DNA from: the human T2T-CHM13v2.0 reference genome, Homo sapiens
Assembly (NCBI RefSeq): GCF_009914755.1
Contig: NC_060938.1
Direction: 5' to 3' (one strand)
DNA: 64,000 nucleotides
The position numbers were made by a program, and so were the translations under genes. Position 1 is the first letter of the stretch. Each line of letters begins with the position of its first letter. Positions 14,957 to 27,839 of this stretch are shown one piece after another. Below the pieces are notes generated by a model that saw only the letters and a program-made list of their open reading frames with translations, was not told where the DNA came from and ran no database searches.

Positions 14957-17243
14957 CTAAAAACCTGTGCTAGAAACTAAAAACATGATTTTGAGATATT
15001 GAAAGGCAAACTATATTATTTCTGTAAGCCTTTCTCCAGCTACACATACTGCAAAATGATTGCATAGATGTAATATCAAAGTCATAATAATTTCTTAACC
15101 ATGTGGAAGGAGATATTTTTAAAATGAATATCGAAAGATGCCCTAAACTTCAGTGACAGCAAACATTGATTTATAGCAAATTCCCCAGCAAAACAAGTCT
15201 GAAACAAACAGATTAATTTTAGAACTTAATTGGTTCAAATATCTAATTCTTTCAGATCATGGAAAATATAATTCCTAAAATAAGAGATCTAGAGTATATG
15301 ACCTTATAAGTCTTTAACTCCATAAAATGTGTTAATGATTATTCAGGTGCTTACCTAAAATGAAACAATGACCCTCGAATATGAGAAGAAAACAAGTATC
15401 TGTAATATTGTGAATGACATTTTCCCTGCAATATCAGGATTTTTGGGGGGGCTGGGGATTTAAATACTGGTACTCATTTATTTTTGCTGATACAAAAATA
15501 CTATTAGCCATGCCTATGTTCAATTAGAAGGAAAAAAATGAAGAAGTTTAATCGTTGGCTAAAAGCTCTATGTGCTAAATTCAGTTCAGGCTTAATTTGT
15601 GAACAGAAATCTTTTAATGTATATTTGGTTAAGGATATATGACCTAGTCACCAATGGTGAATGGCTTGGGATATAAGGAGGAGCATAAACCAGCTGTGAA
15701 TATTTAAACTAAACATAGAAAATTAAATGTATTTTCATCTATTATTTTATGATAATATTACAATCTGTTTTAACAACAGCATATCCTATTTTATTATTTT
15801 GTAAATTCTCAATCCCCTCCTCCAAAAAAATTAGATGTCAGAAGTTCTCACACAGTCAAAACCCTCCAACATGAAATTTATAATCAAGGACTCAGCCCGG
15901 AAGCACATCTAAATTCTGTTCAAATAAAATACCTCCTCCCTTAAATGTTCTCACATATCAAATCACTGTATTCATCCCTATGTATTATTCGTACCATAAA
16001 AAAACACCCATGTGCTTTAGAAAAAGGCTTTTACTCTTGCAAAATTATTGAGATGTCTATCTGAAAAATCAATGGCAGTTTTGGTGACATAATTACTCTC
16101 ATTCTCAAAAGCCAGGCATTCATAAATGTGGAGCTATGTCTTTTTCTGATGGTAAAGTTCAGGATTTACTAATTGGTACAATCAGAGAGCACTGGTTTCG
16201 AGGCTGCTGCAGCAGTATACTTACCTAAATTGAAGTGCAAGCTAAATCCATAGTGAGAAGCACTCACTTACTCATACAAACTGATAAATTATACTGCCGA
16301 GTAATCAGTTTGCATAGGCAGTTGTTCATAGACGTGTCTCTGCTCCATCAATGCACTAAAAAGCCATGTAGGGTCTCACTTCTTCACCCTCCAAAGGACA
16401 AGTCACAAAACAAATCACAGAGAAGGGAGTCAGAAAATACAGAAGCCCTATCTTCAGCCCACATACCATTTATAACAGTGAAATTAGAATTATATCAGTA
16501 AAATGGAAGAGCACTGAAATAAAGACTTCTCATGTGAGAGTAAAGAAATATAGAGACATAATGAAAATAAAGGCTGAAAGCCAGTGTTAGTATTCCGACT
16601 TCAAAGTTCATGAAGTAGTCTGTAAATAGCATGCACTTTTTAACAGGCACATTCTATAGCTTTCAAAAATACTGCTATATAGAGGGTATGTTGCATTTAT
16701 TTAGTTATTGCTTACAGCAGAATAGACATCTGCCATTTACTTATTTTGCTACCTATAACTAGGAGCCTATGGTAGCCCCACCCCCACTGTATGTGTATTA
16801 TTAATTCTGTAAGGATACTATTGCTGTATTTACATATATACAACTTGAGGTGCAAGGAAAAAGCAAGTAATCAGGAACTTCAATTTGGTGTCTTAAGAAT
16901 CGTCCTGTATTCTTATTATCCTGCGATTGTGCTCAGAGCTAGAGAATTTAAAATGAAAAAAAAAAAAACACCTAATACTAGCAATCACTATATTTCCTGT
17001 AATCAAGTCCATACTTCTTTTCATATTCTTTCACTGGATTGCTTTTCTCTGTTTATTGTTGTTGCTAAACAAGGTGAGAGTTTAGGCGACATTTTTCAAT
17101 GATGACTTCTTTTGCAATAACAAAATTCTTAAATGTAGTCTCCATTTTCCTCCTGCTATGTGCTATCAAATTCATCTTTGTATGGGAGGCACAAACTAAA
17201 ATGAGTAAATTGCCTTTAGTAGGTAGTACTCTTTTTCTGACAC

Positions 17244-17357
17244 TAGGAAGTAAATTGTCAAAGAGTTACACAGGGTTTTAGCTGCAGGATTCCCATTGAC
17301 TTTAATGGGAGTTGCAAGGAAAACACCCCATGCAAAGCTTAGAAAAGTAGGGGTTAG
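17244..17357. mobile_element. Ancient palindromic MITE-like relic (Harbinger/Chompy-type)
   Basis: Centre TCCCATTGACTTTAATGGGA within a degenerate ~110-bp inverted repeat. Confidence 0.45.
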
Positions 17358-18049
17358 TTTTCTTTATGGTCTCCACTGTATTTTGTACTCTCTAGCCTTG
17401 AACACTCTGTCTTCACTCACCTTCTGTTCTCCCCTTTCTTTGTAGCTTATCCCTCAAATAATATAAATCTTAGGCCTTTTCACTTAACCATCCATGTGCA
17501 TAGGTACTCAACACACTCTATCCCAGCACCACTTCCACGGTGTCACAATTAAACACCTCATTATCCAACCTGCTGACCCTCAGCCATTCACCATTGTCCA
17601 GTTTATGTGGGGAAAACATTTTTGTGGAATATTGTTACAATACTAGCTCGATAATTTTTGAAACATGTACTGGATTTCAAATAATATCAAAATTACCTAA
17701 ATTATATTCTTTCTTCCTTCTTAAAAATGCCTATTAATATTACTACTCTCATTATTGTTTAACTTTTAAGTACTTTTAGGATTTCCTGAAGGTTTGCATA
17801 GAGCACAACTAAATAAGCTTCTTGGAAATACATCAGGCATGGCCAGGCAGTTAATATAGCGACTTAAGCAGCAGTTAGCTAAAGTGCTTCATAGGACAGC
17901 TAGTGAACAACATAATAGATACCATGATGTTAGCTCCTGGCAGAATGGGTACAAGATTCCATCATGTCTGGGGAATGAAGGATACCCTTGTCTGTGTAAT
18001 GGAGAGAGCAATACCACAATTGGCTGATGTCACTCTTATATAATACATT

Positions 18050-18052
<3 letters not shown>

Positions 18053-18086
<34 letters not shown>
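18053..18086. repeat. (AC)17 microsatellite
   Basis: Direct read. Confidence 0.95.
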
Positions 18087-18088
<2 letters not shown>

Positions 18089-18829
18089 CTATGGGATTGT
18101 TCTAATTCTCCAGCAAGTTTTGATTGTGGAGAAAGCCAAACTAGGGTAGCTTTGAGCTAGATTTTTATGAGTGTTTGCTTCTGTATAGAATGCACAAAAG
18201 GCCCAATCTTCGTGCCTACCACTTTTTTCATTACTGTGGCATTAATTACAAAGTAAGATGCCAAGTAATTGGCAAGGGGAACACTACTTGCTTATTTATC
18301 AGATACCTTTATCCTATGCTCCTGGCTTCTTTCCTTTACTGCACTTTTATAATAGATTACCAGGATAGCAATGTAAAGAGTAAAAGGTCTTTCCTTTGCA
18401 AATTTTTAACTCAACTTACCTTGTACTCTTTGTCTTACTTCAAATCAGAGCAATAAGAAAGGATTTGCACCCAGCAACATATTATTAATCAAACACCATA
18501 TACAATCACATAAAGTCCAAAACAAAGCAAAGAGCACGGTCTGCCTAAAGCAAATGGCTTAATACCCCCCAAAATCTTCCCAGTTCATTCTGCACCTATG
18601 GATTTATTATTCCTATGAAACACTGTGGAAGTGTGCCATAAAATACCAGACACATCAAGCAAACATCCTGAAATTCTCTCAACAGTCAGGGTACCTAAAA
18701 AAATACAAGGACATATTTTTCTCAATTTTTCATCTCATTTTCCCCAGTTATTATCGATTACTTCTATTCTATCTCTATGTTGATCATGACAAAAGATATG
18801 TTTTTCATAAAATAATACATTTGGACATA

Positions 18830-19330
18830 ATAACGAGAACCTTGGTTCCCATCTTCCCGTTGCCGAATAGCACGTCTCGTGCTGTACAGGCGCAGTTGGC
18901 TGTCCAAGGACCCTGATGCCAAATTGCGGAGGATATTCTTGTCGCAGTGACAAATTGCTTGCTGGTGGGCTGTGCAGAGTGTTATTCTGGCAGCATCGGA
19001 GTTGTCTACGTGTCTGTCACTTGGTTAGGCTGCTTCAATGCTAGGTGATTCCACCCCACTCCCCACCCCCTTTTCTTTTTTCAACGCATTTTTCAGACTT
19101 ACCTTTGCTTCTCAGTGAATGGGGACTTTAACATTCACTTGACAATGAGCTTATAAAAATGCCTCCCAAGTTCTCCGTACAGGTATCTGTAGGGTGAGAG
19201 AAGGATTTTTTCACAGTGCCATACTTGTTTTCCATACAAACCTACAGGCTGCCATTATAGCCACCCACATTCCGGTTGGCAACGCACTTAGGCAGTGAGC
19301 GCCTTAATGAATCCAGACAAAACTGCACAG
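18830..19330. promoter_or_regulatory. Putative conserved non-coding element or enhancer
   Basis: About 15 CpGs in ~0.5 kb of non-repeat DNA; RFX-like half-sites GTTGCC (~18859) and GGCAAC (~19278). Confidence 0.4.
19103..19186 (-). ncRNA. Candidate non-coding internal exon (84 nt) of a minus-strand transcript
   Basis: Acceptor tccttctctcaccctacag|AT and donor AAG|gtaagt; stop codons in all three frames. Confidence 0.5.
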
Positions 19331-20728
19331 CATTCCTGACACACAGGAAAATCATGCATTTCCATGATATTTCAGGGTAATTTAATTCTTTAGTGTGTAA
19401 AATATTGATGGTCAATATTATTTGATAACATTTCAGCAAAGAGATTATTCTGCTTTTGATCTGACACTTATTTTTTAAGCTAAAAAGATTTCCTTTACAA
19501 GTTCCTTATATTAAGTATGTTTGTCCAAAGAGGATCTGCTAGAATAAAAAAAGCAGAAATGTAAATGAGTAGTCAACATTCTGTAAACAAATTAGCTTGT
19601 AAACATACTGTAGACAATCCCAACAGTGTCTGTTGACTACCTATGAAGGTATGTAATTTAATGCCTTCAGATAATTTGTGGGTAAAGTCTAACCAGCTGA
19701 CATTTTGAGATAAATAATAAATAACACTCCTATTTCATTACTGAGTTTATAATTAAGTATTAATGTAAAGGCATTTTAAAAACTATAGCTACAGGAGATA
19801 CAGTATTTTAAAATTGTTTTGTGAAACTGAAAAGGATAATTGTAATGAACACAAAAGATGTAGGAGGCCTTTTTTAATTCTATGGAGTGACAGTAGATTT
19901 TCTCCATAAAACACATCCTGCAGCAGTGGTGTGTTGTTTAAGATTTGAGGATGTATAAAAGAATCTAATGGATTTTTTCACAAAAGATAATATACAATAG
20001 AATAATTCTTAAAGGAAATGAACAGGCTTTTAATCTTGTGGAAAAAAATGTTTGTTTTTGCTCCTCTCATATATAAATGTATTTGTTGGTTTTATTGTTC
20101 AAACTGTAGCCCTGAATTAAGTGGATTGTAAAGTTCTCCTAAATACTTTAGACTTGTTTTCAAGGAAATATTTGTAATTTTTATACATATATACATACAT
20201 ATATGTATATATACACCCCAAAGATTTCACTTACACTAATTAGAAGAAATAATAAGAAAGCCCTAAGTAGTGGAACTTGGAGAGAGTCTAAAAGATATTT
20301 TAACAGTTCCATTTGCAGGATGCATAGGTAAAGTTTTCAGCCCAACGTGATGTTTAAATTAGTTTGTTTTCATCGTAACTACTGACGGGACTTAAGTTAG
20401 CCCTCTAAACTGCATGGGTATTTCCAAACTAAACTTATTAAATTATCTTTTCCCAACCTTTTTTTTTGTGTTTTGCGTTTTCTCTAAAACCTGGCAGCAC
20501 AAATTTTCTAGCTTTCATCACTTAAGAGCATCTAATGTGAGGCTATTGATCCTAAAATTGCTAGGGTTTTCTAAGAAGTCTCCTTGTTGGTGCTGCACTG
20601 TTGTCACTGAAGTGGTTAAAGCTTTGTTTGTTTGTTTTGTTCTGAATGGCTCTTAATGGATTAAGCTTTAGGCTTTCACCAAAGCAGTAACTGATTGTTA
20701 AAAGTAGCAAGGAATAAACTAACCACAG

Positions 20729-20805
20729 GGTGTGTGGGTGTGGGTGTGCACATGAGTGTTTGTGTATGTGTGCATGCGTGTGTGTGTGTGTGTGTGTGTG
20801 TGCAT
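20729..20805. repeat. (TG)n compound microsatellite
   Basis: Direct read. Confidence 0.9.
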
Positions 20806-21063
20806 GCACTGGCAGAGCAAAGTAAATTATAATCTTTAAGTTCTGAAACTCAGCTAGTATAAACATATGTTAAATAAAATATTTCTTACTATATATCTTT
20901 AACATATCTATCCTCTGCAAATTGCCAGAATTATGTTAATCAATCCTGACAATGGATTAACTCTATTTAATCAAGAATAATTGAATTAAACTGTATAATA
21001 ACCCACAGCTATTGAAATGGATAACATTAAATTTAGTTGCAAGATTTACCTATGAAATTAACA

Positions 21064-21270
21064 TGCCATTTTGTTTTCATACTAAAACTCTTTTTCATAA
21101 TTTTACCAATAATATTCAAAATGGTGATTTCAAGTTATATAAACCTTTAAAGCTCTCACTACAACATTAAGGAATATATATGCACTTGTCTTTATAATAT
21201 TATGCTGTGGTTCTGGACTCATATAATTAGGTTTTGGCTTAAGTGTGATATTAAGTAGAAGATTAATGAC
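21064..21270 (+). repeat. Local duplication, copy 1
   Basis: About 91% identical by manual alignment to 22219-22424. Confidence 0.95.
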
Positions 21271-21845
21271 TTGACGAGTAAAGAAACACCCTTATCTGCA
21301 GAAACAGATGGAAATGCATGAATTTATATGACTATTTAACACAGTGCCAGCTCCTCTATAAGAGGAGGACTTTATTCAAGGTCTCAGTACCAATCCATGG
21401 TGACTCCAAGAGCTAAATACTCAAATTAAAAAAAAAATGTTATCCCATTACACAACTCTCTTAATGGGTATGATGGACAAAACACTAGACAGTTTTCAAT
21501 CACCCCTCCTGTTGTCCAGGAATGGCATACACTGCCATTCTTGAGTATCCCTAGGCACTGGTAATGGATGGCGACTACCTCTGGCAGAGAATGGCTAACT
21601 GCTCTTGGATTTGCTGGAGAGCAGTTGCGTTTCTTTTATTCCAATGGGAAAGTTGCGAAAGTCAAGAAGAAATGGATTAAAATAAAAATGGCCACTGTTT
21701 CAGCTTTATATAACCTGATTTCTTAGCCAAAAACCACAAGGTGACAGTCCCTTGGTAAATTTTCAACATGAATGATCCAAAAAGATGCAGCACAGCATTT
21801 AGGCCCCTCTGAATGCCATATTTGAAATGTTGTATTTAGGGAGTA

Positions 21846-22165
21846 CAGTTGTCCCTCAGTATCCACCAGGGATTGGTTCCAGAACCCCTGCCTTTATCAA
21901 AATCTGTGGATGCTCAAGTTTCTTATATAGAGTTGCGCAGTGTTTGCATATAACCTATGGATATCCTCCTGTACACTTTAAATCATGTCTAGATTATTTA
22001 TAATACCTAATGCAATGCAAATGCTATGCAAATCATTGTTACACTGTATTCTTTGTATTATTATAGTTGTGTTGTTATTTCTTATTGAGTTTTTCCCGGA
22101 ATATTTTCCTTCTGAGGTTGGTTGAATCCTCGGATGCTGAATCCATGGATACAGACAGCAAATTG
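21846..22165 (+). mobile_element. MER2 (TcMar-Tigger MITE)
   Basis: TA|CAGTTGTCCCTCAGTATCC...GGATACAGACAGCAAATTG|TA; GGATTGGTTCCAG and GGATGCTCAAGT motifs. Confidence 0.9.
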
Positions 22166-22218
22166 TACATCTCGTTATAATTAAGTTACTTTAAACATGG
22201 GAATTAAAATGAATATTG

Positions 22219-22424
22219 TGCCATTGTGTTTTGATCCTAAAACTACTTTTCATAATTTTACCAGTAATATTCAAAATGGTGATTCCAAGTTATATAAACC
22301 TTTAAAGCTCTTACTAGAACATTAAGGAATATATATGCACTTGTCTTCATAATATTATGTTGCAGTTCTGGACTCATACAATTAGATTTTCACTTAAGGT
22401 GATATCAAGTAGAAGATTAATGAC
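22219..22424 (+). repeat. Local duplication, copy 2
   Basis: Direct repeat of 21064-21270. Confidence 0.95.
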
Positions 22425-24585
22425 ATGGATATTGTCTTTCATACTTGCACATGTAAGTACAAATGAACAGCTTGTTTTATGTCTTAGGGTATTATCTCAA
22501 TTCACTAAATTTTATAAATAAAAGAATAGCAAAAATTTCTCTTCCTCATAAGTCTTGCACACAAAAGATATGAAGCCTTGGAGGAACTTTCTAATTTCCA
22601 TCTCATACTTGTAAAAAATGCAATGAATTGAATTGAAAGGGAGGGTATATTAAAGGGAATGCATAAGATTCAAATGAGGGTGCATTTAGCATGTAGAGGG
22701 AATGATCGATTCCACTATATGCCTGTGCAGTCTTTGTAATTTTCAAAATTTCATTCAATGTGCTGATATTCTGATAACAGAACTAACTGCCACTATAACT
22801 TTAGAGCCTACCATTAAGAGAAGGTATTTCAATGAATGCGATAAAAAAGAAGGCGATTTTTCCCCTTGCATGTAATATTCTAAAATTAAGGTGGGGAAAG
22901 TGTTATAAAACCTAGATTAATAGCTTTAGTCAATGACTAATTTGCTAATTGTGTGACTCCCAAAACGCCAAATGTAGTTAATATTTATATTAAAAAGATG
23001 ATGCATTTATAAAAAGCAAGGTCTCTGTGTCATAATCATTTCCTGAGGCATTGTACCAAAATAAAGAGGGCAGGGGGTGGCTACTAAGGCGAGTTCTTTC
23101 CCCCTACCTCTTTTTTTTCCTTTGTAAGATCTGGGATACCTCTAATTGACCCACTGTACTTTGTTCCTAACACCTTTTGAAAAGCAAAACAAACAAGCTG
23201 TATGTACAAACGCTTAGGCCCTCTTTTTGGTTGTGCCATTTTTTTTATTGTATATTCCAGTATTCCCTCATTTCACTTTCCTATTATTGTTTTATCGTCC
23301 CTGCTCACATCATCCCCATCCTGGTTCATATTCTCTTGCACTAACATGCCTCAAGTCTCCTCTGCTCTTGTCACTCCTTTGTCAAAAAAAAAGGAGGAGA
23401 GGCACTAAGGAAGGACATGGCCCAGGACACACCCTGATCTTTTCTGTTTACACCACCACCTGCAAAAGAGGAGCAAACTTACCACAGTTAGAGTGAAAAG
23501 CTTTGGCCTCTCCTATAGACTAGGATAAACAAGGCAGAAATAGTGTTTGTTAACCAGGCTGAACTATTATGAAGATTATACACAACATAGTAGCTCTAGA
23601 AACTCTCAGGAATGTAGGCCATACCAGGTTAACTAAATGGGAACTCACTAAATCAGGTGAAATGTATTGACCCCCAGACATCCAAAGGCTCAAGTTTAAA
23701 TAACTGAATAAAGACTTGAAAAAAATTATGAGTATGAAAGAGTACTTAGCACACTGGCAGCACTCCATTTAAGAACAGAAACACGTTTGCACTTTGGAGA
23801 AAAGTTCAAAACTTCCCAGAACTGATCATCAAAGAATTGATTTCAATAGTGCTTGGGCTTTAGATACCACAGTAGCAAGATGAAGCATAATTTTAAAGTA
23901 TTTTCTTAAAATATGTCTCCCCAAGTTTTCATTAAATTTTTACTCAGAGTGGAAAGTCATACATGTTTGGAAGTAAAACATAAAATAATTCTATTATAGG
24001 TTAAAAACCGGAAGTGTAGTCCAAAGCTAATACACTGACTGGTCCCTCTTTACATAGTTTATCTCCTGTAGAAGACATTGGGTAAAGATGAAACGGATTA
24101 TAAAATGTATTTGGTTTGGGGATCATAGAAATGATTTACACCTATAGATAGGCTCAAGTAGCTTGAAAAAGTAACATTTGCAGTAAGACCCTTCTCTTTT
24201 TTGGATGGTAAAATACAGAGAAAGGAATTTCAGAGGAGATATTCATTTGTATGCCTATTGCCAGAAGGCTTTGCCTTTTCACTTAACTCTCAATGTTTTG
24301 AATAAAAATGCTAACTTTCCTCGAAGAGGTTGTAAGGACTTGCCCCTTTATATCTATGTATGCAGAATATTTGAAGTGCTAGAAATATATTAGCATTTCC
24401 AAATGTCATTAGTAATATTGCCGCTTTGCATTTGTCAGTGTATGGATGTATATATACCACATATTGAATGATTGCAATCTATAATTATGTTTGATGAAGA
24501 ATGCATTTTATTGTATTAATGTTCATGGGGGTATATTTTTATTATAAGTAGATACATGGATAGGTAGGTAGACAGGCAGATATAT

Positions 24586-24586
<1 letters not shown>

Positions 24587-24653
<67 letters not shown>

Positions 24654-24668
24654 TAGATGATAGATAGA
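24587..24668. repeat. Compound tetranucleotide STR [AGAT]13[AGAC]3[AGAT]2
   Basis: Direct read. Confidence 0.95.
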
Positions 24669-25639
24669 GCTTTGGTAGAATGAGTTTTAGCATGGAATTA
24701 TTTTTGGTCCTTAGATAACTATCTCAGGCCTTATTTTCCTCTAGATAAATGGCATATAATGATTGTTATCTATTTTTAAGGAATTACAAATCAAAGAAAT
24801 CAGTTTTTCATAGTGGATTCAAACACCAACTTGCAGCATATACTGATGGTCAAAATGTCCTCAAAACATCCTAATAAGCAGAAAAAATGTCAAGGAATAT
24901 GATACAAATGTCTTATGGTATTAATATTCCAGACCCCAGGTTCTGAATTCCTTCAGAAGAAAATTTCAATCATTCTTGTATCTTAAACATCCACATCTCT
25001 TCCAATGGTACCAAGAGTCTTTGTTCGGTCCCATGGATGCTCAGCAGCATGGGTGTTGACTGACTGTTCTCAAAAGAGAAACTGTATCCAGCCTAGGTTT
25101 CACCGCTACCAATTCTGTTATTTTTTCCTTGAAGAGTCAAAATTTCTAACTCTACTTTTGGGAGACTCCAGTTTATTCAGATGTGTAACACAAGCACAGA
25201 CATAAACTCATTTAAAATACTTCAAAAATACATAAATACTAAGCATCTCCCAACACCACTCATCCACCCTACCTTACATGCACTGCCTCCCCCACTTCTT
25301 TTCAGAATGAACGTTACAGAAAGAATAAGGAAAAGATGTTTTGAAATAAAACAAAAAGGGTCACTGCCATAGATGGCAATGCGACGAGTGAAGCTGAACA
25401 GTAGCAGTGGTCAGTGGATTCCTTTTTGCTTGATCACTTTGCACTCACAAAAAATCAGTTAGGGTTGGAATATAGAGAAACTAACAGAGCATCCTATTTG
25501 AAGCACCTACTATGTGTCAGGTGCCAGACATAAATTAAATATGGTGAAGAATTTTACAGTCTGAGAAAAGTAAATTTTTTTGGTAAGTGCTTTCTCTATA
25601 AATTGCCTTAACCCATTTCAAGTGAAGATATCTCCAATA

Positions 25640-25742
25640 TAAGAACATTAGGCAGTTGGTACTATTTGACTTTGATAATGTACTTAGAAAAGAATGCCTG
25701 GAACATAGTGGAAACTTAAATATTTGTTGAATGAGTGAATGG
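25640..25742 (+). mobile_element. L2 3' end fragment
   Basis: AGAATGCCTGGAACATAGTGGAAACTTAAATATTTGTTGAATGAGTGAATG. Confidence 0.65.
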
Positions 25743-27839
25743 TTATAAGTACTTTTCAAAGACAAAATAAATCATCTGCCACTTCTAATGCATTTGGAAA
25801 GACATCAATAAATAGCTATTGTAAGGAAGATTGCAGATGCTAGTTAAGATAATATAACTGTGTAGTAGTTTATTTATTCAACTATAGAATTTTTGTTCAG
25901 AACCCCTGGGGGGAAACTTTTGTTGTGATTGCTTCTAGGCTGGCAGTCAGTGACTCTACTCCAGAACAAGATCTCAAACCAAGCCCATGTCCTTTCTTTA
26001 TGTCCCTGCCATTTAACCATCCAGTTGTTAACACATTTTAAAATTTGACAGGTTATTTCACTTCCAAAATGATACTAAGAGTCACACATGTCAGAACTCT
26101 ACTTGATAAGTTGTGTTCATTTCAAATGTGGTATGTGAGCACTGAATCCTTACTCTTTAAATCCTGCAAAGTGTATCAATAATTATGCCAAATCCATCCA
26201 ACAGTTGATTGAGGTGTTTTCAGTTTGATATGGGTGTCAAAATGCGAACATTAACTTTATTCAGATCTTTGCCTGATGTGTTGAATGGGGGAAAAATCCA
26301 TTCATACATCACAGATTCATCCTTAATGCTGGAAATTAGAGAAAGGAATCTCAGATTCCACGCACATTTTCTTTGTGGTTACAGAGGTGACTTTGCCACC
26401 TGGGATGAGTTTGTCCTCATTATACCCAATTATATCTGCCATAAGTAAAATTTTAAGAAGGATATAAATTTGTATAATTCTCACATGATGCTTACAAAGA
26501 AATCATTTTTGTGACTCTAATTTGTTATCTATTTTGGAAAGATTAATTATCCCTCGATAATAAAGTAAATGTTAAAAAGGATATCCCCCACAATCTCTTC
26601 TTCTTCAGGCCTTTCCTGATTTAATCTTAGATGTTCTTGCTATATCATGAGTGGCTGAGCTCCAATCAGAGAAAATTCAGCGATGGAAACTCTTTACTTG
26701 GGCTTCCCACTATTTATGTGTGGTATTCCCAATTTGTAGCTGTATTTGTGCTGGAGCAGACAGAAATAACCAATGAAAAAAAATAGGAGCAATACAGTTT
26801 TATATTTAAAGTAGTGTCATGAGGCATCAAGGCAGTTAGTAATCCAAGAAGGCTCAAATTATGTTTTTTAACTATAAAGTATAAATTTAGTAAAAAAGAC
26901 TAATTTCTAATAAATAATAGACAAATATTGGAATGAAAAACATCACTTTCTATATAAATTTACTAAGGGAGAACTTTCGGTAAGGTTACCATAATTTTAT
27001 TTTACAGCCATAAAACTTTTCAGGAAATAGGTTACCAATTTGATATTGTAGATTAATTAACCTCAGTTATATACATATTTTTTAAATGCTAATTTTTGGC
27101 AATACAGTTGAGAAGAATTATTTTGTAATTGCATATCTTTCTGTGTCTGGAATTCATCCCCTATAAAGTCCTCTGGCCATGGGTGGCAGTGGCCTGCGGT
27201 CAAAATCTAAACATAAGTTCATCATCATCTTTTAATTTTGTGGTCTTGAGCTTTTGACCCAAAGAGGAGTTGGGGGTTCACTAGGGCAGGACTAAATGGA
27301 GCAAACACTTGTCTTTGGAGCCCAAGCGCTGACCTTAAAGATGTAAAATGAATTGCCTGCTCCCAAGGTTATTGTTATAATCAGGTATGTGAAAATGAGC
27401 AGTAAGAATGTGAAGGAGAGAGCGGAAGAGAGAGAGAGAGAAAGAGAGAAAACATTCCTTGGTTTGCTAGAAGTATTTAGTGCATATTTTATATTTTTTA
27501 ATTTTATTTTTTAACCATGTTCTGCTTTAAAAACTGTACATAGAAGAGTCAGGCTTCTGACTTTTAATGAATTGCTGTGAAATTTGGTTACATACATTAC
27601 TCCAACCCTGTGAGGGGGGGACAATTATAGTTCATTATATGCATCTCAAGTTGTTTATTCATTATGATGCACAAGGATAGTTTAAGGACTTGTTTCTGCC
27701 AAGAGCTCCCCCCACCAAATAATTTCACAACAGAGTAAAAACACATGGACTTTATATAAAGTAAAAATAGAAGTGATATAAGGGTTGTATTTTTATAGCT
27801 GTATTTGAGTACATTTCAAATGAATGTTTGTTAAACAGG

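Noticed and set aside
21064-22424. Direct repeats as LTRs of a small LTR element
   Set aside because: No TG...CA termini, TSD, primer-binding site or polypurine tract seen
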